The notes: generated by a model from the sequence alone, not told the origin. DNA of 48,924 bases from an uncultured Afifella sp. (GCA_947259045.1 CAMYKZ010000019.1:1-48924), one strand, 5' to 3'; counted from the stretch's first letter, positions 28,279-39,365 are shown. Made by a program: numbers and translations.

Positions 28279-30822
28279 CTATTCCGCAGCCACCGACGCG
28301 GAATCGGGCATTGCCGGAAGCCGCACGGTCACGGTGGTTCCCTTGCCTTCCTCCGATTCGATCTGGATCGTGCCGCCGTGCAGTTCGACGAGGCTCTTGA
28401 CGATCGACAGGCCGAGACCGGCACCGCGCCGGCGGCCCTGAGCGCCGCGGCCTTCGAACGGTTTGAATATTTTCGGGATCATGGCTTCCGGAATGCCGGC
28501 GCCAAAATCGCGCACCGTATAGATCACCCAACCGGCATCGCGCTCCCCGGTCATCTCGATCGATCCGCCGGAATCGGAGAACCGGACCGCGTTGGCGATC
28601 AGATTGAACAGGATCTGCCGGACCCTTTGTTCGTCCGCCCTGAATGTTCCGATCTCGTCGGGAATGTTGAGGCGAAGCGTAATCGACTGGGCCTCGATCC
28701 GGTCGCGCAGACCTTCCGCCGATGCCTCCGCCACCCGGCGGATATTCACCTCGGCAATATTCAGCGCCATGATGCCGGCATCAACAGTGGCCAGGTCGAG
28801 AATATCGTTGACGATCGCCATCAGTGCAGTCGACGAGGATGCTATATGCTCCATGTATTCGGCCTGCTGCGGATTGAGCTTGCCGATCGTTTCATCCGCC
28901 ACCATTTCGGCAAAGCCGATGATGGAGGTCAATGGCGAACGCAGTTCGTAGGACACATGCTGGATGAAATCGGACTTCAGCCGATCGGCCGCTTCCAGCG
29001 CTTCGTTGCGCTCGCTGAGCATTTTCTGGACACGGGCTGAATCGGTGACATCGACGAAGATCAGCATCGTCATGCCCTGGGCCAGCGATACGGTGGAATA
29101 ATCGATGACGCTGCCGTCCGGCCGGTCCATCCGGCCTGAAAGCGGCCAGGTATTGTCCAGGTCGGTAATGGCGATGCGGATGCCTTCCCAGACATCCATC
29201 TTGGAATAGATGACGCCGCAATTCTCGATGACTTCGGTGATATGAGGTTCTTCGCGCAGCATATCGGGAGACATGCGCCAGATATCGGCAAAGACCGGAT
29301 TGAACAGCCGCAACTTGCCGTCCGATCCGAACACGGCCACGCCCTCAGCCAGATGGTCAAGGGTTTCGCCCTGTAACTGCGACAGGACGTTAACACGGCT
29401 TTCAAGCGACAATTGCTCGGTCACATTCTCGTAGATATAGGTCATCTGCCCGCCGTTCGACATGGCCACGACCCGGATCGAACGGCCGTCGGGAAGATGC
29501 CACCATTCCTCGCGGGTGCCGTCATTGCCGTAGGCTGTCAGATGATTTTCACGCCATTCGCGGTAGTTGGCCTGTTCCGGAAGTTTTCGTTCCGCCCGCA
29601 ATTGATCGAGGATGGTGCCTTCTTCCGGGCCGGTATCAAGAAATGCCGGCTGAAGATCCCAGAGCGAACGAAACGCTGAATTGTTGAAGCGCAGTTTGCG
29701 GTCGGCGCCGAAAACGGCAATTGCCGCTGTCAGCTGGTCCAGCGTCCGGGCCTGGGTTTCGGCCGCCTGAACCAGTTCTTCGCGTACCGAATCGATGCGG
29801 GATTCGTCGATGGCAACGCCAATCGAGCCGTCCGTCAGAGCCAGGTCCAGTATATGCAGATGCTGGCGTTCACCGGCCACTGTCGTCGGCACGGCTTCAT
29901 CGAAATTCCGTCGGGCTTTGTGGGCTTCACGGATATTGTCGCGGGTTTTCGGGCCCAGCAGTTCCGCACCGGCGGCAATGACCGCTTCCGTGTCCTGGGC
30001 TTCGATCGCGCTGGCGTAGGCATTATTGACCCAGACAATCCGACCGCCTTCGTTGCGGCGCCAGACCGGAAACGGCAGATGTTCGGCCAGGCCGCGCAAT
30101 GCCGTCATTTCGCTGACGACAACGGTAGCCTGCTCCTTGAGTTCGGCAAACGACTTTCGTTCGCCCGTCAGTTCCCGGAACCGGGCGATGGCGCGGCGGC
30201 CACTGGTCCGCCCGGTAACCTCAAGGATGTCGTTGGACAGAGTTGTCAGCGTAATCTGGAAACTTTCGCCGGACCCGCGCAGCTTCTGCAATGCGGCATC
30301 CAGGCTGGACATACTGTCCGGCTCAAGCCAGCTGCCGACGGCCAGAAAGTCTCCGGCGGTTTGCGGTGCTCCGACACGCTCCGGCAGAGAGCCCAGAACA
30401 CGAGGGGCGTCGGTGGGATGATCCCAGACGATCGTTCTTTGATCGTCTGATCCGAGCATCGCCTCGCTGCGGTCAAGCGCGGCGCGCAATTCGATGATTT
30501 TTGTTTCCAGCGAACCGATCGTATCGTCGTCGCGCATATTGATTGCGGCGCGCAATCCGAACCAGGCGGTGACGGCAAATCCGCCGGTGACGGCCAACCA
30601 GAGGATATCCTTGGTTTCGAAACTTGTTCCGAACAGGCTGGCGGTCGGCAGATCGAAGGCAAAGGCGGGTACCGGAAATGCAGCGCAGGCAACGGCAAGT
30701 GGGCTGGTTGCCATCAGCCTCCTGAAAACCGGATTCCGGCAGAGCCTGTTCCTCAATTTTTGCCACCGCCGCAGTTGGAGCTTCCGGGCGCTTGCCGATC
30801 CCGGACGAATCAGTTGGAACAT
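28279..30822 (-). CDS. Multi-PAS sensor histidine kinase (HisKA plus HATPase_c, no receiver domain)
   Basis: H-box HVSYELRSPLTSIIGFAEMV. N/G boxes (NLIANAVRF; RGAGLGLSIVKSLVELHGGTI). N-terminal TM segments and three or more PAS-like segments. Confidence 0.85.
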   Translation of the reverse strand: MFQLIRPGSASARKLQLRRWQKLRNRLCRNPVFRRLMATSPLAVACAAFPVPAFAFDLPTASLFGTSFETKDILWLAVTGGFAVTAWFGLRAAINMRDDDTIGSLETKIIELRAALDRSEAMLGSDDQRTIVWDHPTDAPRVLGSLPERVGAPQTAGDFLAVGSWLEPDSMSSLDAALQKLRGSGESFQITLTTLSNDILEVTGRTSGRRAIARFRELTGERKSFAELKEQATVVVSEMTALRGLAEHLPFPVWRRNEGGRIVWVNNAYASAIEAQDTEAVIAAGAELLGPKTRDNIREAHKARRNFDEAVPTTVAGERQHLHILDLALTDGSIGVAIDESRIDSVREELVQAAETQARTLDQLTAAIAVFGADRKLRFNNSAFRSLWDLQPAFLDTGPEEGTILDQLRAERKLPEQANYREWRENHLTAYGNDGTREEWWHLPDGRSIRVVAMSNGGQMTYIYENVTEQLSLESRVNVLSQLQGETLDHLAEGVAVFGSDGKLRLFNPVFADIWRMSPDMLREEPHITEVIENCGVIYSKMDVWEGIRIAITDLDNTWPLSGRMDRPDGSVIDYSTVSLAQGMTMLIFVDVTDSARVQKMLSERNEALEAADRLKSDFIQHVSYELRSPLTSIIGFAEMVADETIGKLNPQQAEYMEHIASSSTALMAIVNDILDLATVDAGIMALNIAEVNIRRVAEASAEGLRDRIEAQSITLRLNIPDEIGTFRADEQRVRQILFNLIANAVRFSDSGGSIEMTGERDAGWVIYTVRDFGAGIPEAMIPKIFKPFEGRGAQGRRRGAGLGLSIVKSLVELHGGTIQIESEEGKGTTVTVRLPAMPDSASVAAE

Positions 30823-30945
30823 ACTCGCTTCGATGTGAGCATGAAAGTCCGACCCTACGATGGTTTTGGTAAGGAACCGTTAACCGGTTTTCCGGCCGGG
30901 CCAAAGAGGCCCGGCCGGCGCTTTTCCATAGGGATAGACGAGCAA

Positions 30946-32349
30946 TCAGTAGCGATAATGTTCCGGCTTGAAGGGGCCGGTCTGGCTGATGCCGAGATAG
31001 GCCGACTGTTCGGGAGAAAGTTTCGTCAGATCTACGCCCAGCTTGTGCAGATGCAGCATGGCGACTTTCTCGTCCAGATGCTTCGGCAGTACGTACACGT
31101 TGTTTTCATATTCGTCGCCCTTGGTCCACAGTTCGATCTGGGCCAGCACCTGGTTGGTGAAGGACGCCGACATGACGAAACTGGGGTGCCCGGTGGCGTT
31201 GCCGAGATTGACAAGCCGGCCCTCCGACAGAAGCAGGATGCGGGTCCCATCGGGGAACTCGATCAGGTCAACCTGCGGCTTGACATTAGACCATTTGAGG
31301 TTTTTCAGCGCTGCGACCTGAATTTCATTGTCGAAATGGCCGATATTGCAGACAATCGCCATGTCCTTCATGGCGCGCATGTGATCGATTGTCAGGACGT
31401 CCTTGTTACCGGTCGCAGTGACGAAAATATCCGCCGTCGGCGCAACCTGTTCCAGTGTCTTGACCTCAAACCCGTCCATCGCCGCCTGCAGCGCGCAGAT
31501 CGGATCGATTTCGGTGACGACAACGCGGGCGCCGGCGCCGAGCAGCGACTGTGCCGACCCCTTGCCGACATCGCCGTATCCGCAGACAACGGCAACCTTG
31601 CCGGCCATCATCACGTCGGTAGCGCGGCGAATTCCGTCCGACAGGCTTTCGCGGCAGCCATATTTGTTATCGAATTTCGACTTGGTGACGGAATCGTTGA
31701 CGTTGATCGCCGGGAACGGCAATTCGCCGCGTTTCTGCAAATCGTAGAGCCGCATCACGCCGGTTGTCGTTTCTTCCGAAACACCCTGAATGGACGCCTT
31801 GATTTTTGAGAACCAGCCCGGATGGCTTTCAAGACGGCGCCGGATGGTGGCGAACAGTGCCTCTTCTTCTTCATTCGCCGGATTTTCCAGAACGGAAGGA
31901 TCGGTTTCCGCCTTGGAACCCAGCAGCACCAGCATCGTCGCATCGCCGCCGTCATCGAGGATCAGATTTGCCGTTTCGCCATTTGGCCACGCAAAGATCC
32001 GGTCGGCATAATCCCAGTATTCCTCAAGCGTTTCGCCTTTTTCGGCGAAAACGGGGATGCCCGCCGCAGCAATCGCCGAGGCGGCGTGGTCCTGGGTGGA
32101 AAAAATGTTGCAGGACGCCCAGCGCACCTGCGCGCCCAGCGCCACCAGCGTTTCAATCAGCACTGCTGTCTGAATTGTCATGTGGAGCGAACCGGCGATG
32201 CGGGCGCCGGCAAGCGGCTGCTTGCTGCCGAACTCTTCGCGAATAGCCATCAGGCCCGGCATTTCGGTTTCGGCAATGTCAATTTCCGTGCGGCCCCAAC
32301 CCGCCAGCGAAATATCTTTTACGTAATAATCTTCAAATTTTTCGGTCAT
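30946..32349 (-). CDS. ahcY: Adenosylhomocysteinase (S-adenosyl-L-homocysteine hydrolase)
   Basis: [40 protein letters not shown] and the NAD-binding [13 protein letters not shown] are canonical AhcY. Confidence 0.95.
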   Translation of the reverse strand: MTEKFEDYYVKDISLAGWGRTEIDIAETEMPGLMAIREEFGSKQPLAGARIAGSLHMTIQTAVLIETLVALGAQVRWASCNIFSTQDHAASAIAAAGIPVFAEKGETLEEYWDYADRIFAWPNGETANLILDDGGDATMLVLLGSKAETDPSVLENPANEEEEALFATIRRRLESHPGWFSKIKASIQGVSEETTTGVMRLYDLQKRGELPFPAINVNDSVTKSKFDNKYGCRESLSDGIRRATDVMMAGKVAVVCGYGDVGKGSAQSLLGAGARVVVTEIDPICALQAAMDGFEVKTLEQVAPTADIFVTATGNKDVLTIDHMRAMKDMAIVCNIGHFDNEIQVAALKNLKWSNVKPQVDLIEFPDGTRILLLSEGRLVNLGNATGHPSFVMSASFTNQVLAQIELWTKGDEYENNVYVLPKHLDEKVAMLHLHKLGVDLTKLSPEQSAYLGISQTGPFKPEHYRY

Positions 32350-32462
32350 TTGGATCTCGCGTCTTTGGAGGAATTCCGTTGAATTGCCATGGCGCCTTCA
32401 GACGCATGACGATTATGATTTCGGGCGCAGGCCCTACCATGGGATGGATCATTACACAAGAT

Positions 32463-32484
32463 GATATAAAGAAATCTTTATATC
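32463..32484. promoter_or_regulatory. AT-rich near-perfect palindrome GATATAAAGA-aa-TCTTTATATC, about 115 nt upstream of ahcY. Candidate operator.
   Basis: 10-bp perfect arms, extending to 12 bp with one mismatch. Located between the FMN-reductase stop (32489) and the ahcY start (32349). Too AT-rich to be a stable terminator stem. Confidence 0.4.
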
Positions 32485-32488
32485 GTGA

Positions 32489-33058
32489 TCAGTTTTTCGA
32501 TGTCAGCTGCCGCGCCGCATAGAGCAAAGATTTCAGCATCGCGGCCAGTGCCTTCGGGTTGGCGTCATCGGACAGGCGGCCGTCGTCATGGAACGCCTGG
32601 TTTGCCGCCGGAAGCAGAAACTGTTCCGGGATGATCAGAGCGCCGAGACCGAGGCCCAATGTCTGGCGCAGCATCATCAGGCCGCGCAGGCCGCCAAACC
32701 GGCCGGGCGACGCCGCCGCCAGAGCAAAAACACAATCCTTGAACGGCGTGCCGTCTCCGCGGCTCATCCAGTCGATGGTGTTTTTCACAAGCGGGGAGAC
32801 GCCGGCATTGTATTCCGGAGAAACCATCAGCACCGCATCATGATCCTGGAACTGCCCGATCAGGCGGGTGGCGGCGGCAGGCTGGCCCTGTTCCGCTTCC
32901 AGATCGCCGTCATAAACCGGCAGCGGATAGTCAGACAGGGAAATCAGTGTGACGTGGGCGCCCTGGCTTGCCAGTTCGGCAGCCGCCGCACTGGCCAGTT
33001 TCCTGTTGAGCGAAGCCGCCCGGTTCGAACCGGGCACAACGAGAACGCGGGCGCTCAT
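32489..33058 (-). CDS. NADPH-dependent FMN reductase family protein
   Basis: MSARVLVVPGSNRAASLNRKLASAAAAELA is the flavodoxin-like fold signature of NADPH-dependent FMN reductases. Confidence 0.8.
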   Translation of the reverse strand: MSARVLVVPGSNRAASLNRKLASAAAAELASQGAHVTLISLSDYPLPVYDGDLEAEQGQPAAATRLIGQFQDHDAVLMVSPEYNAGVSPLVKNTIDWMSRGDGTPFKDCVFALAAASPGRFGGLRGLMMLRQTLGLGLGALIIPEQFLLPAANQAFHDDGRLSDDANPKALAAMLKSLLYAARQLTSKN

Positions 33059-33099
33059 GGGCAATCTCCGTCTGTTGGAAATCCGGGTTTCAAGATCCG

Positions 33100-34221
33100 C
33101 TATTCGCCCAGCGTATCGAAGAAATCCTTGACTCGGGCGAAAAAGCCGGACGATTCCGGATTGTTTTCCTCAGACTGGACCTTTTCGAATTCCTGCAGCA
33201 ATTCGCGCTGCCGCTTGGTCAGATTGCGGGGCGTCTCGACGACGATCTGGACATACATGTCGCCGACATTGCGAGTGCGCAGGATCGGCATGCCCATGCC
33301 CTTGAGCCGGAACTGCTTGCCGGTCTGGGTCCCGTCAGGAACCTTGACCCGGGTGCGGCTGCCGTCAATGGTCGGCACCTCGAACTGGCCGCCAAGCGAC
33401 GCTGTCGTCATCGACACGGGCGCGCGGCAGAAAATATCGGCGCCGTCGCGCTGGAAGAAACTGTGCGGCTTGATCGACAGAAAGATATAGAGATCGCCGG
33501 TCGGCCCGCCGCGAAGTCCCGCCTCGCCCTCGCCGGCGAGGCGAATTCGCGTACCGTCTTCGATCCCGGGCGGGATGTTGACGGAGAGGTTCCGGGTCTG
33601 GACGACACGGCCGGCGCCGGAACATTTCTCGCACGGATCGGTAATCTGTTCGCCGCGCCCCTGACAGGTCGGGCAAGTGCGTTCGATGTGAAAGAAGCCG
33701 CCCTGTGTCGCGCGCACCCGGCCGGCGCCGCCGCAGGTCTGGCAGGTCGACGGGCTTGATCCGGGCCGCGCGCCGGAACCGGTGCAGGTCTCGCAGGACA
33801 CTGAGGTCGGCACTTCGATTTCCACCGACTTGCCAGAAAATGCGTCTTCCAGGGAAACTTCGAGATTGTAGCGCAGGTCCGAGCCGCGCTCGCGGCCGCC
33901 GCGGCGCTGACCGCCGCCACCCATAAAGTCGCCGAATATGTCTTCAAAAATATCGGAAAAGGAACCGAAACCCTGTCCGGCTCCGCCGCCGCCATTTTCA
34001 AAGGCCTGGTGGCCAAAACGGTCGTAGGCGGCGCGCTTGTCGGCGTCCTTCAGGATCTCATAGGCTTCGCCGACTTCCTTGAATTTGCCTTCAGCTTCCG
34101 GATCGTCGGGATTCCGGTCCGGGTGCAATTGCATCGCCAGACGACGAAAGGCGCCTTTCAGCACCTTTTCGTCGACGTTGCGTTCAACGCCCAGAATTTC
34201 GTAATAATCTCGTTTGGCCAT
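33100..34221 (-). CDS. dnaJ: Molecular chaperone DnaJ
   Basis: J-domain [35 protein letters not shown] region, four CxxCxGxG zinc-finger repeats. Confidence 0.95.
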   Translation of the reverse strand: MAKRDYYEILGVERNVDEKVLKGAFRRLAMQLHPDRNPDDPEAEGKFKEVGEAYEILKDADKRAAYDRFGHQAFENGGGGAGQGFGSFSDIFEDIFGDFMGGGGQRRGGRERGSDLRYNLEVSLEDAFSGKSVEIEVPTSVSCETCTGSGARPGSSPSTCQTCGGAGRVRATQGGFFHIERTCPTCQGRGEQITDPCEKCSGAGRVVQTRNLSVNIPPGIEDGTRIRLAGEGEAGLRGGPTGDLYIFLSIKPHSFFQRDGADIFCRAPVSMTTASLGGQFEVPTIDGSRTRVKVPDGTQTGKQFRLKGMGMPILRTRNVGDMYVQIVVETPRNLTKRQRELLQEFEKVQSEENNPESSGFFARVKDFFDTLGE

Positions 34222-34289
34222 GTCGGTCCGTCAAAACGGCAGGGAAACCCCGTCCGGCCGCGATGCGGCCGGACGGATTTGATCAATGA

Positions 34290-36230
34290 TCAGGCTGATT
34301 TTTTCTGGTCATCGTCGACCAGATCATCGTCATCATCCGACACTTCTTCGAAATCGGCGTCGACAACATCGTCGTTTTCGCTGTCGGCTGCCGCATCGGC
34401 TTGCGCCGCCTGCTCTTCTTCCGCCTGGGCCGCCGCATACATGGCTTCACCGATTTTCATCGAAGCCTCGGCAAGCGCCTGGGACTTGGCTTCGATCTCC
34501 GCCTTGTCCTCGCCTTCCAGCGCCGTCTTCAGGTCGGCAATCGCGGCTTCAACCGCGGCCTTGTCGTCTTCGCCGACCTTGTCGCCATGTTCTGCAATAC
34601 TCTTTTCTGCAGAATGGATCATGGCCTCGGCGGTATTGCGGGCTTCAACGCTCTCACGCCGTTCCTTGTCGGAATCGGCATTGGCTTCGGCTTCCTTGAC
34701 CATCTTATCGATCTCGTCGTCGGAAAGGCCGCCGGAGGCCTGGATGCGGATCTGCTGCTCCTTGCCGGTGCCCTTGTCCTTGGCGGACACATTGACGATG
34801 CCGTTGGCGTCGATATCGAAGGCCACTTCGATCTGCGGCACACCGCGCGGAGCCGACGGGATACCGACCAGATCGAACCGGCCGAGTTCCTTGTTGTCGG
34901 CGGCCATTTCGCGTTCGCCCTGGAAGACCCGGATCGTCACCGCGCTCTGATTGTCATCGGCGGTGGAGAAGGTCTGGCCCTTCTTGGTCGGGATCGTCGT
35001 ATTGCGGTCGATCAGCCGGGTGAACACACCGCCAAGCGTCTCGATGCCGAGCGACAGCGGCGTCACGTCGAGCAGCAGCACGTCCTTGACGTCGCCCTGC
35101 AGAACGCCGGCCTGGATGGCCGCGCCCATGGCAACCACTTCGTCCGGATTGACGCCCTTGTGGGGTTCCTTGCCGAACAGCTGCTTGACGGTTTCCTGGA
35201 CCTTCGGCATGCGCGTCATGCCGCCGACGAGAACAACCTCGTCAATGTCGCCCGGTGTCAGGCCGGCATCCTTGAGGGCCGCCTTGACCGGATCGACGGT
35301 GCGCTGCACCAGATCGTCGACAAGCTGCTCGAACTTGGCACGCGACAGCTTCATCGTCAGATGTTTCGGTCCCGACGAGTCGGCGGTGATGTAAGGCAGG
35401 TTGATTTCCGTCTGCTGCGAAGCTGACAGCTCGACCTTGGCCTTTTCAGCCGCTTCCTTGAGCCGCTGCAGGGCCAGCGGATCCTTGCGCAGATTGATGC
35501 CCTGTTCCTTGTTGAACTCGTCGGCCAGATAATCCACCAGCCGCATGTCGAAATCTTCGCCGCCGAGGAACGTATCGCCATTGGTCGATTTGACCTCGAA
35601 CACGCCGTCGCCGATTTCCAGAACGGAAATATCGAAGGTGCCGCCGCCAAGGTCATAGACGGCGATCGTCTTGCCTTCGTTCTTGTCCATGCCGTAGGCA
35701 AGGGCCGCCGCCGTCGGCTCGTTGATGATGCGCAGAACTTCAAGACCGGCAATCTTGCCGGCATCCTTGGTCGCCTGACGCTGGGCATCGTTGAAATAGG
35801 CAGGAACCGTGATGACTGCCTTCTCGACCGTTTCGCCGAGGAAGGTTTCAGCGGTTTCCTTCATTTTCTGAAGAATCATCGCGGAGATCTGCGAGGGCGA
35901 ATATTTCTCGTCGTTGGCTTGAACCCAGGCGTCGCCATTGTCAGCCTTGACGATCTTGTACGATACCAGCCCCTGATCTTCCTTGACGGTGGGATCTGCG
36001 AAACGACGGCCGATCAGCCGCTTGACCGCAAAGATGGTGCGTTCCGGGTTGGTGACGGCCTGGCGCTTGGCCGGTTGGCCGACAAGCCTGTCATTATCGT
36101 CGTTGAATGCGACCATGGACGGTGTCGTCCGGGCGCCTTCGGAATTTTCGATTACTTTTGGATCTTTGCCGTCCATGACGGCGACGCACGAATTGGTCGT
36201 GCCCAGGTCAATGCCGATGACTTTCGCCAT
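34290..36230 (-). CDS. dnaK: Molecular chaperone DnaK (Hsp70)
   Basis: [29 protein letters not shown]. 646 aa with an acidic C-terminus. Confidence 0.95.
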   Translation of the reverse strand: MAKVIGIDLGTTNSCVAVMDGKDPKVIENSEGARTTPSMVAFNDDNDRLVGQPAKRQAVTNPERTIFAVKRLIGRRFADPTVKEDQGLVSYKIVKADNGDAWVQANDEKYSPSQISAMILQKMKETAETFLGETVEKAVITVPAYFNDAQRQATKDAGKIAGLEVLRIINEPTAAALAYGMDKNEGKTIAVYDLGGGTFDISVLEIGDGVFEVKSTNGDTFLGGEDFDMRLVDYLADEFNKEQGINLRKDPLALQRLKEAAEKAKVELSASQQTEINLPYITADSSGPKHLTMKLSRAKFEQLVDDLVQRTVDPVKAALKDAGLTPGDIDEVVLVGGMTRMPKVQETVKQLFGKEPHKGVNPDEVVAMGAAIQAGVLQGDVKDVLLLDVTPLSLGIETLGGVFTRLIDRNTTIPTKKGQTFSTADDNQSAVTIRVFQGEREMAADNKELGRFDLVGIPSAPRGVPQIEVAFDIDANGIVNVSAKDKGTGKEQQIRIQASGGLSDDEIDKMVKEAEANADSDKERRESVEARNTAEAMIHSAEKSIAEHGDKVGEDDKAAVEAAIADLKTALEGEDKAEIEAKSQALAEASMKIGEAMYAAAQAEEEQAAQADAAADSENDDVVDADFEEVSDDDDDLVDDDQKKSA

Positions 36231-36359
36231 TTTTCTTCACTCCTCTTCCGGCAGGCAGGACGGACCCTATGGCGTCCATCAATGCAGGGTGGTCATAACC
36301 CCACCAGCCCCCAACAGCAGATTTTCAGTGATCGCCGGTACTCCGGCGCTTCGCGGCTC

Positions 36360-36388
36360 ATATAAGGAGCGTATCCGCCACTAGCAAG
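36360..36388 (-). promoter_or_regulatory. Putative sigma-32 (RpoH)-type heat-shock promoter for dnaK
   Basis: Minus strand reads CTTG-N17-CCTTATAT, about 130 nt upstream of the dnaK ATG. This matches the alphaproteobacterial RpoH consensus CTTG-N17-CYTATNT. Confidence 0.4.
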
Positions 36389-36462
36389 CATCTCGTTTGA
36401 AAAAGCAGACCAAAGGACGTCAAACGGCTTGATAGCGGGGATTAAATGCCCCAAACGCCCAC

Positions 36463-37734
36463 TTACACTACCACATCACCGCACGGACCGATTCGGTCAG
36501 GCGACCTGTCATTGAACTTGCTGGCCAGCCGCAAATAAAGCCAGAGCGCAAAGGCGACAAACACGAAGGCAGCGCCCGGAATGCCGGCGGCACCCAGCGC
36601 CATGGTGATCATCGGCAGCCAGTAAACCGCTCCGAGCAGCCACCGGCCCGCCCGGTCATGCGTGAGATCATGCCTGAGATCCGGGTTCTGGGCGCCGGAT
36701 ATGGCCAGGAACAGCCAGGCGAAGATCACCAGATCATAACTCATCATATAGGGTGTCGCCAAAGCCGTGGCTGTCAGCAGCATGGCATAGGATTTCAGCC
36801 CATCGCGGCGCTGCATATAAGTCCACAGCGCCAGTAATGCCGCCAGCACGAATGCCCCTGCCTGGATACCATAACCGGTCTGGGCGGAAAGACCGAGAAT
36901 GCGCAGCGACATGTAGATTGTCGGCATCAGGCCCTGGACGATCCTGGTCGGATCGTTGATCACCATCTCCTGTTCCGGCGCGCCGATCTCGACATAGGCC
37001 CAGATGAGGTCCCAGCCAAAGGCGAGCGCCGTCAGAAGCACCAGGCCGACCGCTGTCGCTGCGGCGGCGGCAAACAGGGTCCAGCGGCGCGAGACCAAAA
37101 GGATCAGCGGGAACAGCAGCCCGAGCTGCGGTTTCATGGTCAAAAGACCGAGAATGATGCCGGCCAGCAGCGGGCGCTCGTCGCGCCAGCGGTAGATCAT
37201 GATCAGCGCGGCGGCGGTAAAAAACGCGTTCTGGCCGGAGACGAAACACAACAATGCCGCCGGCGAGAGCAACAGAACGGCCGCAGCGCGGCGATCGGCC
37301 AGCCAGGGTCTTGCGGCAAAACAGAGTGCGGCGAGACCAAGCGCCGTCCACAGCGCGTAAGCCAGCACATAGGGCAGTTGGCCGAACGGCGTGGCAAAAA
37401 GCATCACCTGGGGCGGATAGGACCATTGCTGGTAGGGATAATCAGTCCCGAGAAAAGTTTGCAGGTAGGGCACGTAAAGATGCCAGTCGTAAAACCGCGC
37501 CGGATCATCGGACAGGGCCTCGCGGCCCATGGTCCAGAAATTGAGAAAATCGCGGCCGATGACATAACCCTGCACGTCGCGCGGATAAAGCTGCAGCCAG
37601 GATATGCTGGCCAGATAGAGCAGACCCAGAATGCCGGTCGTCAGCACGCTGCGCGAGCCGACAACCCACCAGAACGGCTTTCCGGCTTCCGCCTGGGGCG
37701 TGCTTTCCGGCATGGTTGATGCATGATCCGACAT
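36463..37734 (-). CDS. Polytopic membrane protein, DUF2029/GT87-like (putative glycosyltransferase or mannosyltransferase-type)
   Basis: About 11 predicted TM segments. N-terminal motif FLNFWTMGREALSDDPARFYD resembles the DUF2029 family. Start assigned to MSDHASTMPES (ATG 37734). Confidence 0.55.
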   Translation of the reverse strand: MSDHASTMPESTPQAEAGKPFWWVVGSRSVLTTGILGLLYLASISWLQLYPRDVQGYVIGRDFLNFWTMGREALSDDPARFYDWHLYVPYLQTFLGTDYPYQQWSYPPQVMLFATPFGQLPYVLAYALWTALGLAALCFAARPWLADRRAAAVLLLSPAALLCFVSGQNAFFTAAALIMIYRWRDERPLLAGIILGLLTMKPQLGLLFPLILLVSRRWTLFAAAAATAVGLVLLTALAFGWDLIWAYVEIGAPEQEMVINDPTRIVQGLMPTIYMSLRILGLSAQTGYGIQAGAFVLAALLALWTYMQRRDGLKSYAMLLTATALATPYMMSYDLVIFAWLFLAISGAQNPDLRHDLTHDRAGRWLLGAVYWLPMITMALGAAGIPGAAFVFVAFALWLYLRLASKFNDRSPDRIGPCGDVVV

Positions 37735-37852
37735 GGCTGTTTTGTGGCGCAAGCGGATTAAGATCAGACTAACCGGATGCGTCGTGTGGATTAAATCTTG
37801 CTGCCGCCGGATATCCGGTTTAGGCGGCTGCAAACGCAATTACAGTTAGCAA

Positions 37853-38461
37853 TTGATGATGGATGACTTGAAAATCCTGCCGGGATATTTCGATGCCGAA
37901 GCGCAGCGGCAATTGCTTGACGACATCCGCACTGTCGTCCGCGCAGCGCCATTATTCACGCCGGTGATGCCGCGCAGCGGCAAGCCGTTTTCCGTTCGCA
38001 TGAGCAATTGCGGCGGGCTTGGCTGGGTATCCGACAAAGACGGCTACCGCTATCAGCCGCAGCATCCGGTGACCGGGCGGCCCTGGCCGGCAATACCGCA
38101 TCGGCTGCTCGACGCCTGGGCCCATCTTGCAGATTATCCGGGACCGCCGGAGGCCTGCCTGATCAATTTCTATTCAAGCACCGCGAAGATGGGCCTGCAC
38201 CAGGACCGCGACGAAGAGACGTTCGATGCGCCGGTTCTGTCGGTGTCGCTTGGCGATACGGCCTTGTTCCGCATCGGCGGCACGAAGCGCGCCGATCCGA
38301 CACGCTCGGTGCGGCTGGCCTCCGGCGACGTGGTTGTCATGGGCGGCAAGGCCCGGCTTGCCTATCACGGCATCGACCGGGTGATGGCCGGCACGTCAAG
38401 CCTGCTGGCCGATGGCGGCCGCATCAACCTGACAATGCGGCGGGTGACGCCGGGGCGTTAG
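37853..38461 (+). CDS. alkB: Alpha-ketoglutarate/Fe(II)-dependent dioxygenase AlkB (DNA alkylation repair)
   Basis: LINFYSSTAKMGLHQDRDE (HxD) ... DVVVMGGKARLAYHGIDRV (second His, Arg). About 200 aa. Confidence 0.85.
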   Translation: MMMDDLKILPGYFDAEAQRQLLDDIRTVVRAAPLFTPVMPRSGKPFSVRMSNCGGLGWVSDKDGYRYQPQHPVTGRPWPAIPHRLLDAWAHLADYPGPPEACLINFYSSTAKMGLHQDRDEETFDAPVLSVSLGDTALFRIGGTKRADPTRSVRLASGDVVVMGGKARLAYHGIDRVMAGTSSLLADGGRINLTMRRVTPGR

Positions 38462-38591
38462 CGGGGTGCCGATCAGGCCTCCCCACACTGCCCGTTTACC
38501 ATTTTTTGAACAACGTTCATTTTTTCCTTGATTAACTTCGGCCAATCCCGTAGATATTTGAAATGAACAACGTTCAATAATGGAGATGGCG

Positions 38592-39323
38592 ATGTTTGAT
38601 ACACTCAGAACCCTGTTCCGCTGGAATGCGGTCAACGCCGAGGAAATGCTCATCGACCGCAATGCGGTCGCGCTTCTGGAACAGAAGATCCGCGATGCCG
38701 ACACGGCCCAGCGGCAGGGCAAACAGACGCTGGCTGCACTGATGGCGCGGCGCAAGGCCGACATGCGCAACCAGGCCGGGCTTGAGACCCGGCTGGCCGA
38801 TCTGGAAAGCCGCGCCGGCGAGGCGATCGAGGGAAACCGCGAGGACCTGGCGATGCGGGCGGCAGCCGCCATTGCCGAACTTGAAAACGAACGCGCCGCC
38901 AGGCAGCAGGCCATCGACCATGTGGAAACCGAGGTTGCCGATCTGCGTACCAGCCTGGAACGCACCGAGCGGCGGCTGGTGGAACTGCGCCAGGGCCTGA
39001 TTGTCGCCCGCTCCAGCGACCGGGCCCGGCGCGCCCGTTCCGCGCTCTCGCGCAACCAGCTCGGCACCGCCTCGGCGGTCTCCGACGCCGAACGGCTGCT
39101 GAAACGGGTGCTGGAGCGCTCCGACGAAGACCGCGAGATCAGCGATGCGCTCGCCGATGTGGAGCGCGAATTTTCCGGCGACGCGATCCGCGACACGCTG
39201 GAAGAAGGCGGTTTCGGCACCTCGACCCGGGTCAGGGCCGATGATGTGATGGCGCGGCTGAAGGCCGGCCGGCGCAGCACGAAACCTTCCGAAACCGGCA
39301 TCAACGCGCCGATAACTCCGTAA
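38592..39323 (+). CDS. pspA: PspA/IM30 family protein (phage-shock protein A-like coiled-coil protein)
   Basis: MFDTLRTLFRWNAVNAEEMLIDRNAVALLEQKIRDADTAQRQGKQTLAALMARRKAD aligns with the PspA N-terminus. Coiled-coil throughout. A GGAG SD precedes the third in-frame ATG (38592). Confidence 0.75.
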   Translation: MFDTLRTLFRWNAVNAEEMLIDRNAVALLEQKIRDADTAQRQGKQTLAALMARRKADMRNQAGLETRLADLESRAGEAIEGNREDLAMRAAAAIAELENERAARQQAIDHVETEVADLRTSLERTERRLVELRQGLIVARSSDRARRARSALSRNQLGTASAVSDAERLLKRVLERSDEDREISDALADVEREFSGDAIRDTLEEGGFGTSTRVRADDVMARLKAGRRSTKPSETGINAPITP

Positions 39324-39365
39324 TTACATTTTGTTTGACTTGTGACCTAACCAAAGGAGACTGAC

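Noticed and set aside
28279-30822. Identification of the PAS histidine kinase as CckA
   Set aside because: CckA carries a C-terminal receiver domain. This ORF terminates immediately after the HATPase_c G2 box.
32350-32460. Possible SAH riboswitch in the ahcY 5' leader
   Set aside because: SAH riboswitches often precede ahcY in other Proteobacteria. The minus-strand leader read here does not show the conserved SAH-element core sequences I recall. Only an AT-rich palindrome further upstream stands out. An Rfam/Infernal scan would settle this.
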